Shown one piece after another: positions 1-7,573 of a stretch of DNA of 64,000 nucleotides; position 1 is the first letter of the stretch, and every line of letters begins with the position of its first letter. The notes beneath the pieces were generated by a model that made no database searches, had not been told where the DNA came from, and worked only from the letters and a program-made list of their open reading frames with translations. This DNA is from an uncultured Gammaproteobacteria bacterium. Lineage in GTDB: Bacteria; Patescibacteriota; Microgenomatia; Levybacterales; UBA12049. The DNA is taken from positions 5,878 through 69,877 of the forward strand of contig CAZKJM010000002.1 of assembly GCA_964553245.1 (NCBI GenBank), given 5' to 3'. Both the position numbers and the translations under genes were made by a program.

Positions 1-212
1 GTCATCATGCCTCAGGAAATGGAAAAATTAAATTAATTATTTTTTTAGTAGAACCACATTTATTAAAAATTTAATATTGACTTAATTTAAAAACAAAGAT
101 TTTGCGATAATATTAATAGAAAAACTTGACACTATTTATATTTTATTTTACAGTTATAGTTGAAAAGTAATGCCCGATTTAATTTAAGAAGGAGTTTTAA
201 ATTTATCTATTT

Positions 213-1541
213 ATGAGACTGACAAAACTTATCAGCTTTAAAATATTTATTTTTTCGTTAATCATATTTTTATTCTCTTTTTGTTCTCATGAAAAAATAC
301 TATTACTCCCTTGTGAGTATTTTGGTTGGGATTGTTCGGTGAGTTGTTATTATGGCTATTGTGATGGAGGAGATTGTTGTACCTATCCAGGTGGTAGTGG
401 GGGATTTAGGTGTGTCAGCGGATGCTGTCAAGATATAGATGATTACGGCTATCCAAGTAGCGATTTGTATTGCTGCGGTGGTTATTGTGGTAGTTGCTCT
501 GGTTGTTCAGGTGGGGGTGGTGGTGGGGGTGGTGGTTGTACTCCGGACTGTGATGGAAAAGTTTGCGGAGACGATGGTTGTGGAGGAAGCTGTGGAACTT
601 GTACCTGTACTGGTGCAAACTGCAGAGGTTCTACTTGCAGCGGTGGTCAATGCATACAATATTGTGGAAGTTGTAGCGATACTTATACTCGCTGTTACGC
701 ATATTGGCACGAATCAAATAATCCTTCCTGTAATAAAACTTCTATGATTTCCGGTACAACCAGCTACGATATTAATTGTAGTTGTACATATTCAGGTTCT
801 TGTAATTGTCCTGATCCATACGAAAGTACGACTGTTTGGGGAGAATGTGGGGCTCCAGCAAGCTGTGCTCCGTCAACAACCACTACAACAACAACCAGTT
901 CTTCAACAACAACCAGTAGTGCTGGTTCAACCAGTTCTACAGCATCAACAACAAGTTTGTCCACAACTTCTACAACGAATCCCACAAGATATAGTTGTAA
1001 TCTTGCAACGGGTGATTGTTACACAAGCGCAGGAGGAAGTTATACTAATATTAATACGTGTAACAGTAATTGCGATGCTCATTTTGCCTGTAATCCTTCT
1101 ACCGGAAACTGCGATGCGAGTAGCGGCGGATCGTATACAAGTCGCTATTCTTGTGATGGAGATTGTGATGTTGCCACCACTACAACTACCACAACGTCCT
1201 CTACAACAACTACTGCGCCTGCTTCTACAACAACTTCTTCAACAACTCCCGAAACTTATACTGTTACCGGTCAGGTTTTTGTAGATGAAAATAAAAACGG
1301 AACAAAAGATACAGGGGAATCCTGTTACGAAGGATCAGTTGAGGTTAGTGTTGGGGGAGAAGCACATCAATTTAATAGCACTACTTCGTGTAATACCTAT
1401 TCTTATACAGTTTCCGGACAATGTCCTGTTGTTAATATTGTTCCGCCGACAAATTACGAATCAACCGGTTGGTATGGAACAGACGATTCAAGTAGTGAAA
1501 TCAGCGGCAGTGGTGGATCAGCTTACTTAACTTGTGACTAG
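213..1541 (+). CDS. Secreted Cys-rich modular surface protein. N-terminal hydrophobic signal or anchor, Gly9 run, CxxC-rich modules, two poly-Thr/Ser linkers, two ~30-aa Cys repeats (RYSCNLATGDC... and HFACNPSTGNC...), C-terminal SdrD-B/CnaB-like segment (YTVTGQVFVDENKNGTKDTGE)
   Basis: Long ORF. N-terminal hydrophobic stretch LISFKIFIFSLIIFLFSF. The CS(R)CSDTYxxC module is shared with ORFs 5424..7382 and 7574..8953. Thr-rich linkers typical of extracellular proteins. Promoter-like TTGACA motif upstream (126..131). Confidence 0.6.
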   Translation: MRLTKLISFKIFIFSLIIFLFSFCSHEKILLLPCEYFGWDCSVSCYYGYCDGGDCCTYPGGSGGFRCVSGCCQDIDDYGYPSSDLYCCGGYCGSCSGCSGGGGGGGGGCTPDCDGKVCGDDGCGGSCGTCTCTGANCRGSTCSGGQCIQYCGSCSDTYTRCYAYWHESNNPSCNKTSMISGTTSYDINCSCTYSGSCNCPDPYESTTVWGECGAPASCAPSTTTTTTTSSSTTTSSAGSTSSTASTTSLSTTSTTNPTRYSCNLATGDCYTSAGGSYTNINTCNSNCDAHFACNPSTGNCDASSGGSYTSRYSCDGDCDVATTTTTTTSSTTTTAPASTTTSSTTPETYTVTGQVFVDENKNGTKDTGESCYEGSVEVSVGGEAHQFNSTTSCNTYSYTVSGQCPVVNIVPPTNYESTGWYGTDDSSSEISGSGGSAYLTCD

Positions 1542-1592
1542 AATTTAAAAACTTAATATTACTTGACACTATTCTTTATGTATGGTATAACT

Positions 1593-1618
1593 ATCCTAGA
1601 GTAATAATACTCTAGGAT
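1593..1618. promoter_or_regulatory. Perfect 11-bp-arm palindrome between the -10 element and the start codon of the SLH gene, a candidate operator
   Basis: atcctagagta-ataa-tactctaggat. Preceded by TTGACA (1563..1568) at 17-nt spacing to TATAAC (1586..1591). Confidence 0.5.
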
Positions 1619-1623
1619 AAAAT

Positions 1624-2517
1624 ATGAACAAAGAAATAGGAGTTAAAGGTTTTAAAAAAGTAATCGCCGTTGCAGCAATGGTTCCTTCTATATTAATTGG
1701 AGCTTCGGAAGTAGCATCTGCTCAAGAATCTCAAGATAGTTCTAGGAATACAGACAAAATAGCAACAAGTGTTATAGGCGAAGCTTGGTCAAGCGAAAAT
1801 TCTCCATTTATAGATGTTTTTCCAAATGATCCTTATTATACTGGCATAACAGAGCTTAATAATCTTGGAGTTATCGAGGGTTACAAAAATGGAAGCATTC
1901 TGGAATTTAGACCAAACGATATGCTTAAAAGAGCTCAGTTTGCAAAAATAATCGTCAAAGCATTGAGTATTCCTGTTTCCGAACAAGATATCTCGCGTTT
2001 TAAAGACGTAGAAATAAGTGGTCCTGAATCTTTTTACCCTGATAATTATATAGCAGCAGCAGTAAGAGAAGGGATTATAAAAGGAAAAACAGAAGAAGAA
2101 TTTGGTCCATACGAAGATTTAACCAGAGACCAGACAGCGACTATGTTAATAAGGGCTTTGAGTAAATTGCCTGGATTACTTGATGAAATCCCTGATGGTT
2201 ATAATTCTAGTTTTAATGATGAATCAAATATTCATAGCGAAAATTTAAAAAAAGCTGAATATAATAGTTTGTTTTATGGAATAGATTTGGGTAAAAATGG
2301 CGGAACAAGAGGAGAAACAGCGCAAATTGTTTTTAATGCCTTAGAAATAATAAGTATAAATAAATGGATTAGCGACAACGGTTTAGATAAGTATGGGAAT
2401 CCTAATGGTACAAAGTATGCAGGAGGAAATCCTTTATTTAATGAAAAAACAGGCGAGGTTACAGGAAGATATGAATACATTTTAACTAAACATCCGGACA
2501 AGCCTTGGACTTCGTAA
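1624..2517 (+). CDS. S-layer-homology (SLH) domain protein with three SLH repeats and an N-terminal signal peptide
   Basis: Signal peptide VIAVAAMVPSILIGASEVASA. Three repeats match the SLH pattern: FPNDPYYTGITELNNLGVIEGYKNGSILEFRPNDMLKRAQFAKIIVKAL, FKDVEISGPESFYPDNYIAAAVREGIIKG...LTRDQTATMLIRAL and a third degenerate copy. Confidence 0.6.
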   Translation: MNKEIGVKGFKKVIAVAAMVPSILIGASEVASAQESQDSSRNTDKIATSVIGEAWSSENSPFIDVFPNDPYYTGITELNNLGVIEGYKNGSILEFRPNDMLKRAQFAKIIVKALSIPVSEQDISRFKDVEISGPESFYPDNYIAAAVREGIIKGKTEEEFGPYEDLTRDQTATMLIRALSKLPGLLDEIPDGYNSSFNDESNIHSENLKKAEYNSLFYGIDLGKNGGTRGETAQIVFNALEIISINKWISDNGLDKYGNPNGTKYAGGNPLFNEKTGEVTGRYEYILTKHPDKPWTS

Positions 2518-2578
2518 AAATAAACTCCTTATCTATTGACAATACTTTCTTAAGTAAGTTATGCTTTAGTTAGCCTTA

Positions 2579-4084
2579 ATGAAAAAGCTAATTAGGTTAT
2601 TAATAATATTAATTTTGCTATTTTTGATCCTCAGAAACGAAACGGTTGTTTATGCAGAATATTGTGAATCCAATACATATACTCTGTCTAGTTGCGAAAA
2701 TTATTTTTGTGACATAGACAATGATGAATATTGTAAGTATGATAGTACAACACCTTTAGGCGTAGATCTTTATAGGTGTTGTTGGGATATTAAATGTCCA
2801 AGTAGTTTATATACGTGTCCTAATGGAACACAGGTGCCTCGCCTAGAAAGATACAAATGCGAACCTCAGTGTCCGGCAACAACGACTTCTACAACAACAT
2901 CGTCAACAACAACAACGACTATTGCAGGAGGTGGAGGGGATTGTCTTGGCGAAGGAGAAGTTTGCTGGCTTGATGGACAGTGTTGTTCTGGAGACTGTAA
3001 TTGGTTTATTTGTACTACTCCAGCGACCACTACGACTACAACAACATCAACAACCACTTCTACTACTTCAACTATAACCACAACAACCTCCGCTGGTTCA
3101 ACTACAACCACAACAGCTACTCCCTCAACGAATTCTTTTGTTGTCAATTTTGGAATAAGCGCCGAAAATGAACCTTGGATTCAGTCAAAAGGATCGGACT
3201 TAAGACTTGAGGGTATAGTTTCCGGAGGCGGAATCGGAAGCGGAACAGGAGGATATAATTTTAGTATTCCCGAAAATCCGGAGACTACTCTTTGCGGTCC
3301 GGATCAAACTTATGCATCAATTCCTGGAACCGGCTCCCACGGAATAATTTTTTCCGGGGATTCTGATTATTCTTTTTGCGAGGGAGGAGTATGCCAGGAT
3401 CGGGCAAGCACTAATCAATGGGTGGTTGGAGGAGGAACGTATCAGGAAACTTATGCACCTGTTAACTCCGGCGGAAGATTAAAAACTTCTTATGAATATA
3501 TTAGCGCAAGAATAGCAGAAGCTGGAATTACCCCAACGGTTATTACGGATCTTAGTGTAGGCTTAGCAAACGGGGTTTATTTAGTAAATGGAGGATTAAC
3601 AACGCCAGCGAGCGGATATACATTCTCTACAGGAAAAAATTACGTAATTTTAGTTAATGGAGACTTAACAATTGCAGGAAATGTTTTGGTTCCAAACGGA
3701 TCTTCAGTTTCTTTTATAGTTAAAGGAAATATTATTGTAAACAACGATGTTGGAGAAAGTTTGCAAACAAGTTCTTGTACTATTCCAAGAACGCTTAATG
3801 CAGTTTCTACGGGATGCAATATAGAAGGATATTATTCCGCAAATGGCATATTTACAATGCTTGGAACAGGGGAATGCGCAACCGAAAAAAGACTGAATCT
3901 TGCAGGAAGTCTTGTTGTTAACGCAAATTTAGCAACCTCAAATGCTTTTGATAATCAAAGAGATCTTTGTGCAGGAAATGCAGTTTGTCCTGTTTTTACA
4001 ATTACCGAAAGACCTGATTTTCTTTTAAATGCACCTGATCTTATAAAACGCTCCAATTATATTTGGCAGGAAGTAGCACCGTAG
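2579..4084 (+). CDS. Secreted Cys-rich modular protein. Signal peptide, the CP(D/N)GTxVPxLxxYxCEPQCP module, poly-Thr linkers flanking a knottin-like 6-Cys module, and a C-terminal beta-helix-like Gly/Asn-rich domain
   Basis: Signal peptide LLIILILLFLILRNETVVYA. The YTCPNGTQVPRLERYKCEPQCP module is also present in ORF 5424..7382. CLGEGEVCWLDGQCCSGDCNWFIC has C-6-C-5-CC-3-C-4-C spacing. The C-terminal repeats GVYLVNGGL / VILVNGDLTIAGNV / FIVKGNIIVNNDV suggest a parallel beta-helix. Confidence 0.6.
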   Translation: MKKLIRLLIILILLFLILRNETVVYAEYCESNTYTLSSCENYFCDIDNDEYCKYDSTTPLGVDLYRCCWDIKCPSSLYTCPNGTQVPRLERYKCEPQCPATTTSTTTSSTTTTTIAGGGGDCLGEGEVCWLDGQCCSGDCNWFICTTPATTTTTTTSTTTSTTSTITTTTSAGSTTTTTATPSTNSFVVNFGISAENEPWIQSKGSDLRLEGIVSGGGIGSGTGGYNFSIPENPETTLCGPDQTYASIPGTGSHGIIFSGDSDYSFCEGGVCQDRASTNQWVVGGGTYQETYAPVNSGGRLKTSYEYISARIAEAGITPTVITDLSVGLANGVYLVNGGLTTPASGYTFSTGKNYVILVNGDLTIAGNVLVPNGSSVSFIVKGNIIVNNDVGESLQTSSCTIPRTLNAVSTGCNIEGYYSANGIFTMLGTGECATEKRLNLAGSLVVNANLATSNAFDNQRDLCAGNAVCPVFTITERPDFLLNAPDLIKRSNYIWQEVAP

Positions 4085-4097
4085 AAAACCAGCAATT

Positions 4098-4120
4098 TAG
4101 CTAATAGCCAATAGCTAATA
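4098..4120. repeat. Intergenic heptad array (TAGCNAA x3)
   Basis: tagctaa tagccaa tagctaa tag. Confidence 0.6.
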
Positions 4121-4214
4121 GTTTTTACCCCATGTACTATATATTAAAATGCCATAAGTTATTTCCTAATATGCTATTTTCTATGCGCCATAAGCTATAC
4201 GCTATTTTGCAAAT

Positions 4215-4595
4215 TTGACTTTTAAGATTAAAAATGGTAATTTCCGTAAATATATGTCAGGTAGATATGAACAAGAAAAAAGAAGAATAGAAGAAAGCGG
4301 AAGCCCGCTTGTTAAGCATTCCAGAAACCAACATAAAATAAAGTCGGGCATGGAGGGAGATATTAGAGTTTCTAGAACATTGTTTTTTAGCGATGATAAA
4401 GCATCGAGGGCAAGAGCAAGAAATGAATTAAGGTGTTTAATTACTGGTTTAATAATTTCACAAATGGAAAGATGTCTTAAGCATTTTACGGAAAGAGGAA
4501 GGGTAACACCAGAGGAGGCAGATTTTTTTAATAAACACAAAGGTGAAATTAGTGATTATGGAGATTTTCCGCGATTAAAACCAAGCTACGATTAA
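4215..4595 (+). CDS. Hypothetical small basic protein (126 aa) flanked on both sides by heptad-repeat intergenic arrays
   Basis: ORF only. Its GC content looks higher than its surroundings. There is an overlapping antisense ORF, so coding status is uncertain. Confidence 0.3.
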   Translation: MTFKIKNGNFRKYMSGRYEQEKRRIEESGSPLVKHSRNQHKIKSGMEGDIRVSRTLFFSDDKASRARARNELRCLITGLIISQMERCLKHFTERGRVTPEEADFFNKHKGEISDYGDFPRLKPSYD

Positions 4596-4699
4596 TATAG
4601 TATCAGCTTATAGTGCATAGCTTATGGGGAATGGTTAAGAATAGAATTTAGTTTTTTAGCTTAGCACATTGTTCCTATACGCTATTTGCTATATTGCCA

Positions 4700-5362
4700 T
4701 TATTGTGTTGTTCCTTCGGGGAAAGAAAAAGCTGCATTTACAGTTTTTCTAAGAACAGATTTTGATATGCCCTCCGCTGTTGTTTGTGCTTTTGGTTGGA
4801 ATCTAATTTTTGTTTCACCCTTAAAACCATAGACTTTGTTAAAAGTTAATGTTGCAATACTTCCGGTTCCGCTGATTCCTCTTTGTCCTAAGGCAATACC
4901 TACAGCATAAGTAATAGTTCCGTTTACAGGGTCAATTTTTTTAATTAATTCTGTCCATTCTTTATTTAAGTTTCCTAATTTTATATCCACGTTTGTTAAA
5001 GCCTTTGGATCATAAGTTAACTCAAATTGTACTGCGGTAATTTTATTATTGCCCGTTGTTACATTTGCATCGAGATTATATTCTTTTGCAAATGTAACTT
5101 CATTTGTTGTTTCGTATGGAGTATCTGCAAATCTGATTTCCGTTTGGGCATAGACTAGAGAATCCTTGGTAACTGAGGTTTGCTGTTTTTCTTCCTTTAC
5201 CGTAGACGAAGATACTGCTAAATAAACTAATCCGATTGTAGCTAGTACCAAAGCAATTATTAAAATTATTGTTTTTCCCGGCGGCAAATGCTGATTTAAT
5301 TTTTTCTGCACCGGTAAGGTGGTTTCCTGTGCATTTTTTGGTTGTTCTAAATTTTCTTCCAT
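4700..5362 (-). CDS. Membrane-anchored cohesin-domain protein with an N-terminal TM helix and a cohesin-like beta-sandwich
   Basis: TM helix TIILIIALVLATIGLVYLAV. ITAVQFELTYDPKAL...GTITYAVGIALGQRGISGTGSIATLTFNKV matches cohesin hallmarks, namely the F.F.YDP..L strand and the SGTG...I motif before the final strands. It sits adjacent to two dockerin-bearing genes. Confidence 0.65.
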   Translation of the reverse strand: MEENLEQPKNAQETTLPVQKKLNQHLPPGKTIILIIALVLATIGLVYLAVSSSTVKEEKQQTSVTKDSLVYAQTEIRFADTPYETTNEVTFAKEYNLDANVTTGNNKITAVQFELTYDPKALTNVDIKLGNLNKEWTELIKKIDPVNGTITYAVGIALGQRGISGTGSIATLTFNKVYGFKGETKIRFQPKAQTTAEGISKSVLRKTVNAAFSFPEGTTQ

Positions 5363-5423
5363 AGGGCAGTTATTTAATTATCAATTATCAATTATCACTT
5401 GTCAAATATTAATTTGTTTTATT

Positions 5424-7382
5424 TTATTCGCCTTGCTGGTTTGCCCAGTCGCGCATATATAAATTATAGTCGAATTCGTTTCTTGTACCGTTATCATCTA
5501 AATCTGCAATTATTTTAAATCTTTCATTGGAATTACATTTTGTAGCATCATAAGAATTAAATCCTTCTATGCAGCTTACTAAATCCGCATAGTCATTTAT
5601 GTCTAATTTGTTGTTTACATCCATATCTCCGGTAACTAATCTTACTATTGGTGTTTGATTGGTAGCTGATGTATTAACAGCCAGTATTCCCGGTATTCTT
5701 CGTTTTAAGTATCCTTCTGACCAAGTTCTTACAATATAGTTTCCGGATGTAAAACTTACTCCCAAGTCAACTGTTCCAACAAATTTTCCGTAATTTGCGC
5801 TTCCGCTTGCAGTTTGATAATCAGCATATCCTGTTTTTAATGTATTAAGCGGTTTATCATTTGTGTCGTAAAAATCAATATATATTTGCCTTGATGGTCT
5901 TGTTGGATTTAGAGTCGATCCGCATCCTTGTTGTCTTTGCGCTTCGGTGCAATTTATGTCATTTGGATTGGCATTGTCTCCGGTTGTTCCGATCCCATCT
6001 AATCCAAGTACAAGAGTTAATGTATTGTTAGAAGGTTTTGTTGTAGATGTGGTTGTGGTTATAGTACTTGTAGACGATGATGTTGTTGGAATTGTAGAAG
6101 ATGTTGCTCCCGTGGTTGTTGTCGTGGTTGTTATTTTTGTTGTTGTAGTTCTGCAGGATGATTTACAGCTTTCTTCGCTAAGATCTCCACAGACGCCATC
6201 AATTCTTCGGCAACTGTAATCACTTGTATAGCATGTCCAATATGGATCATGCAATCGTGGATAATCTTTGCATTGACATTGGTTATTTACGCATTCCTGA
6301 TCTGTCCTGCAGGCATTTATTTCGCAATCTACGTTTTCTCTATTGTTTTCTCTGCATTGTCTTCCACCTTCTTTTTGGGAATAGGTTACTGTTTTTGTTC
6401 CGGCTGTTGGTCCACAAAGTCCTGAATTTTTTGCTGTGCATTGAGTTTCTGTTACCTTATCTGTTGCATCGCAGTCGGGTATTGTTGTTGGGGTTGAACA
6501 ACTAGCTATTACTGATCCTGCTGTGCAAGTTGAGTCATAAGAATAACTTTTGTTTTCTAACTTTGTTTCGGGATCCATTCCCGTTCCGCACGCACCATTT
6601 ATGGGATCGTAAGTTACTCTACAATCTTTGTATGTGTCGCTACATCGTGAGCATTTATTATCCCCTGATGTTGGTTTGCAATAAGCCTCTACTTCTTCCG
6701 CTGTTTTTCCTTCGCAGGGTCCGGCAGGATAGTTTATACAGTCACCGCAAACAATCTGATTTTGCTCTGCATTACCTGGTATATTGTTTTTATCACAAAG
6801 TTCATTTTCAGCAACTGTCCAAGTTGTTCCACAGTATTTAGTTCCGTTACATTTATGGCACGAATTTATTCCCGTAGAGGTTTTAGGACATTGTGGTTCA
6901 CAATTATATTCTGCAAGAAGGGGCACAGATGTTCCATCGGGACATACATACATTGTAGCAGGACATTTAATATTTTCGCTTGTACTTGTTGGTTTGGTCT
7001 TAGAGCATTTTTTAGTTTCGGAGCCTTCGGTACATGTCCATTCCCACTTAGTTGATGTATCTTTTTCATTTCCTACAATACCTACAATGCAAGTAAATTC
7101 ATTGGTTGTCCCGCACTTGGCTGTTTTTACTTCGTTTATAATAGTTGTGGTTGTTGGAGCTGTACAACAAACCTTCCAATATTGACCAATAGAATCTCTT
7201 CCGGTAGTAATTGCACTACAAGTATATCCTTGAGATTTATAATTATTCCAAGCAATGCTAGCAGTTGTGTAATTGTGGTAAGTGATGCAATCGGCAAAAA
7301 CAGTTTTTGTAAATATTATTATTAATATTATTAAAAAAACTGAAGAAAATATAACAGAAGAAAAACGAATAAATTTATTCAT
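5424..7382 (-). CDS. Secreted Cys-rich multi-module protein with a poly-Thr linker and a C-terminal dockerin-like module
   Basis: Signal peptide FSSVIFSSVFLIILIIIFTKTVFA. Modules are shared with ORF1 and ORF 2579 (CPATMYVCPDGTSVPLLAEYNCEPQCP, CSRCSDTYKDC). The C-terminus has two EF-hand-like loops about 35 aa apart, GDMDVNNKLDINDYADLV and DLDDNGTRNEFDYNLYM, which is the dockerin duplicated Ca-binding segment pattern. Confidence 0.65.
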   Translation of the reverse strand: MNKFIRFSSVIFSSVFLIILIIIFTKTVFADCITYHNYTTASIAWNNYKSQGYTCSAITTGRDSIGQYWKVCCTAPTTTTIINEVKTAKCGTTNEFTCIVGIVGNEKDTSTKWEWTCTEGSETKKCSKTKPTSTSENIKCPATMYVCPDGTSVPLLAEYNCEPQCPKTSTGINSCHKCNGTKYCGTTWTVAENELCDKNNIPGNAEQNQIVCGDCINYPAGPCEGKTAEEVEAYCKPTSGDNKCSRCSDTYKDCRVTYDPINGACGTGMDPETKLENKSYSYDSTCTAGSVIASCSTPTTIPDCDATDKVTETQCTAKNSGLCGPTAGTKTVTYSQKEGGRQCRENNRENVDCEINACRTDQECVNNQCQCKDYPRLHDPYWTCYTSDYSCRRIDGVCGDLSEESCKSSCRTTTTKITTTTTTTGATSSTIPTTSSSTSTITTTTSTTKPSNNTLTLVLGLDGIGTTGDNANPNDINCTEAQRQQGCGSTLNPTRPSRQIYIDFYDTNDKPLNTLKTGYADYQTASGSANYGKFVGTVDLGVSFTSGNYIVRTWSEGYLKRRIPGILAVNTSATNQTPIVRLVTGDMDVNNKLDINDYADLVSCIEGFNSYDATKCNSNERFKIIADLDDNGTRNEFDYNLYMRDWANQQGE

Positions 7383-7444
7383 TATTTAAAATAATTTCTA
7401 TATGTTTAGATTACTAAATAGAAACAGGGGATGTCAAGAGAGAC

Positions 7445-7476
7445 AAATGGGAATTAGCGTTTAGCGTCTAGCAACT
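7445..7476. repeat. Intergenic heptad array (NNNTAGC x4)
   Basis: attagcg tttagcg tctagca actagcg. Confidence 0.65.
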
Positions 7477-7573
7477 AGCGTATGGTTAGTTTTAAATTTT
7501 TAAGCATTAAAAATTGATAATCAACTATTTATTAGCCCCTATTTGCCATAAGCTATATGCTGGTGGTTGCTAA

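Noticed and set aside
439-1284. Several long ORFs (439..747 +, 507..710 -, 764..985 -, 847..1284 +) overlapping ORF1 with Val-rich or Gln-rich low-complexity translations
   Set aside because: They are alternative-frame or antisense readings of the Gly/Cys-run and (ACN)n Thr-linker DNA. They have no start context or signal peptides and are fully contained in the better-supported 213..1541 ORF.
2866-3147. Antisense 93-aa Val-rich ORF inside 2579..4084, and similar antisense ORFs 5947..6219, 6224..7185 (several) and 8103..8723 inside the minus-strand Cys-rich genes
   Set aside because: These are mirror images of the Thr/Cys codon repeats, so they are spurious.
4202-4540. Minus-strand 112-aa ORF overlapping the 4215..4595 plus ORF
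   Set aside because: The two are mutually exclusive. Neither has strong support. The plus-strand ORF was kept at low confidence because of slightly better start context and charge pattern. It is possible that neither is coding.
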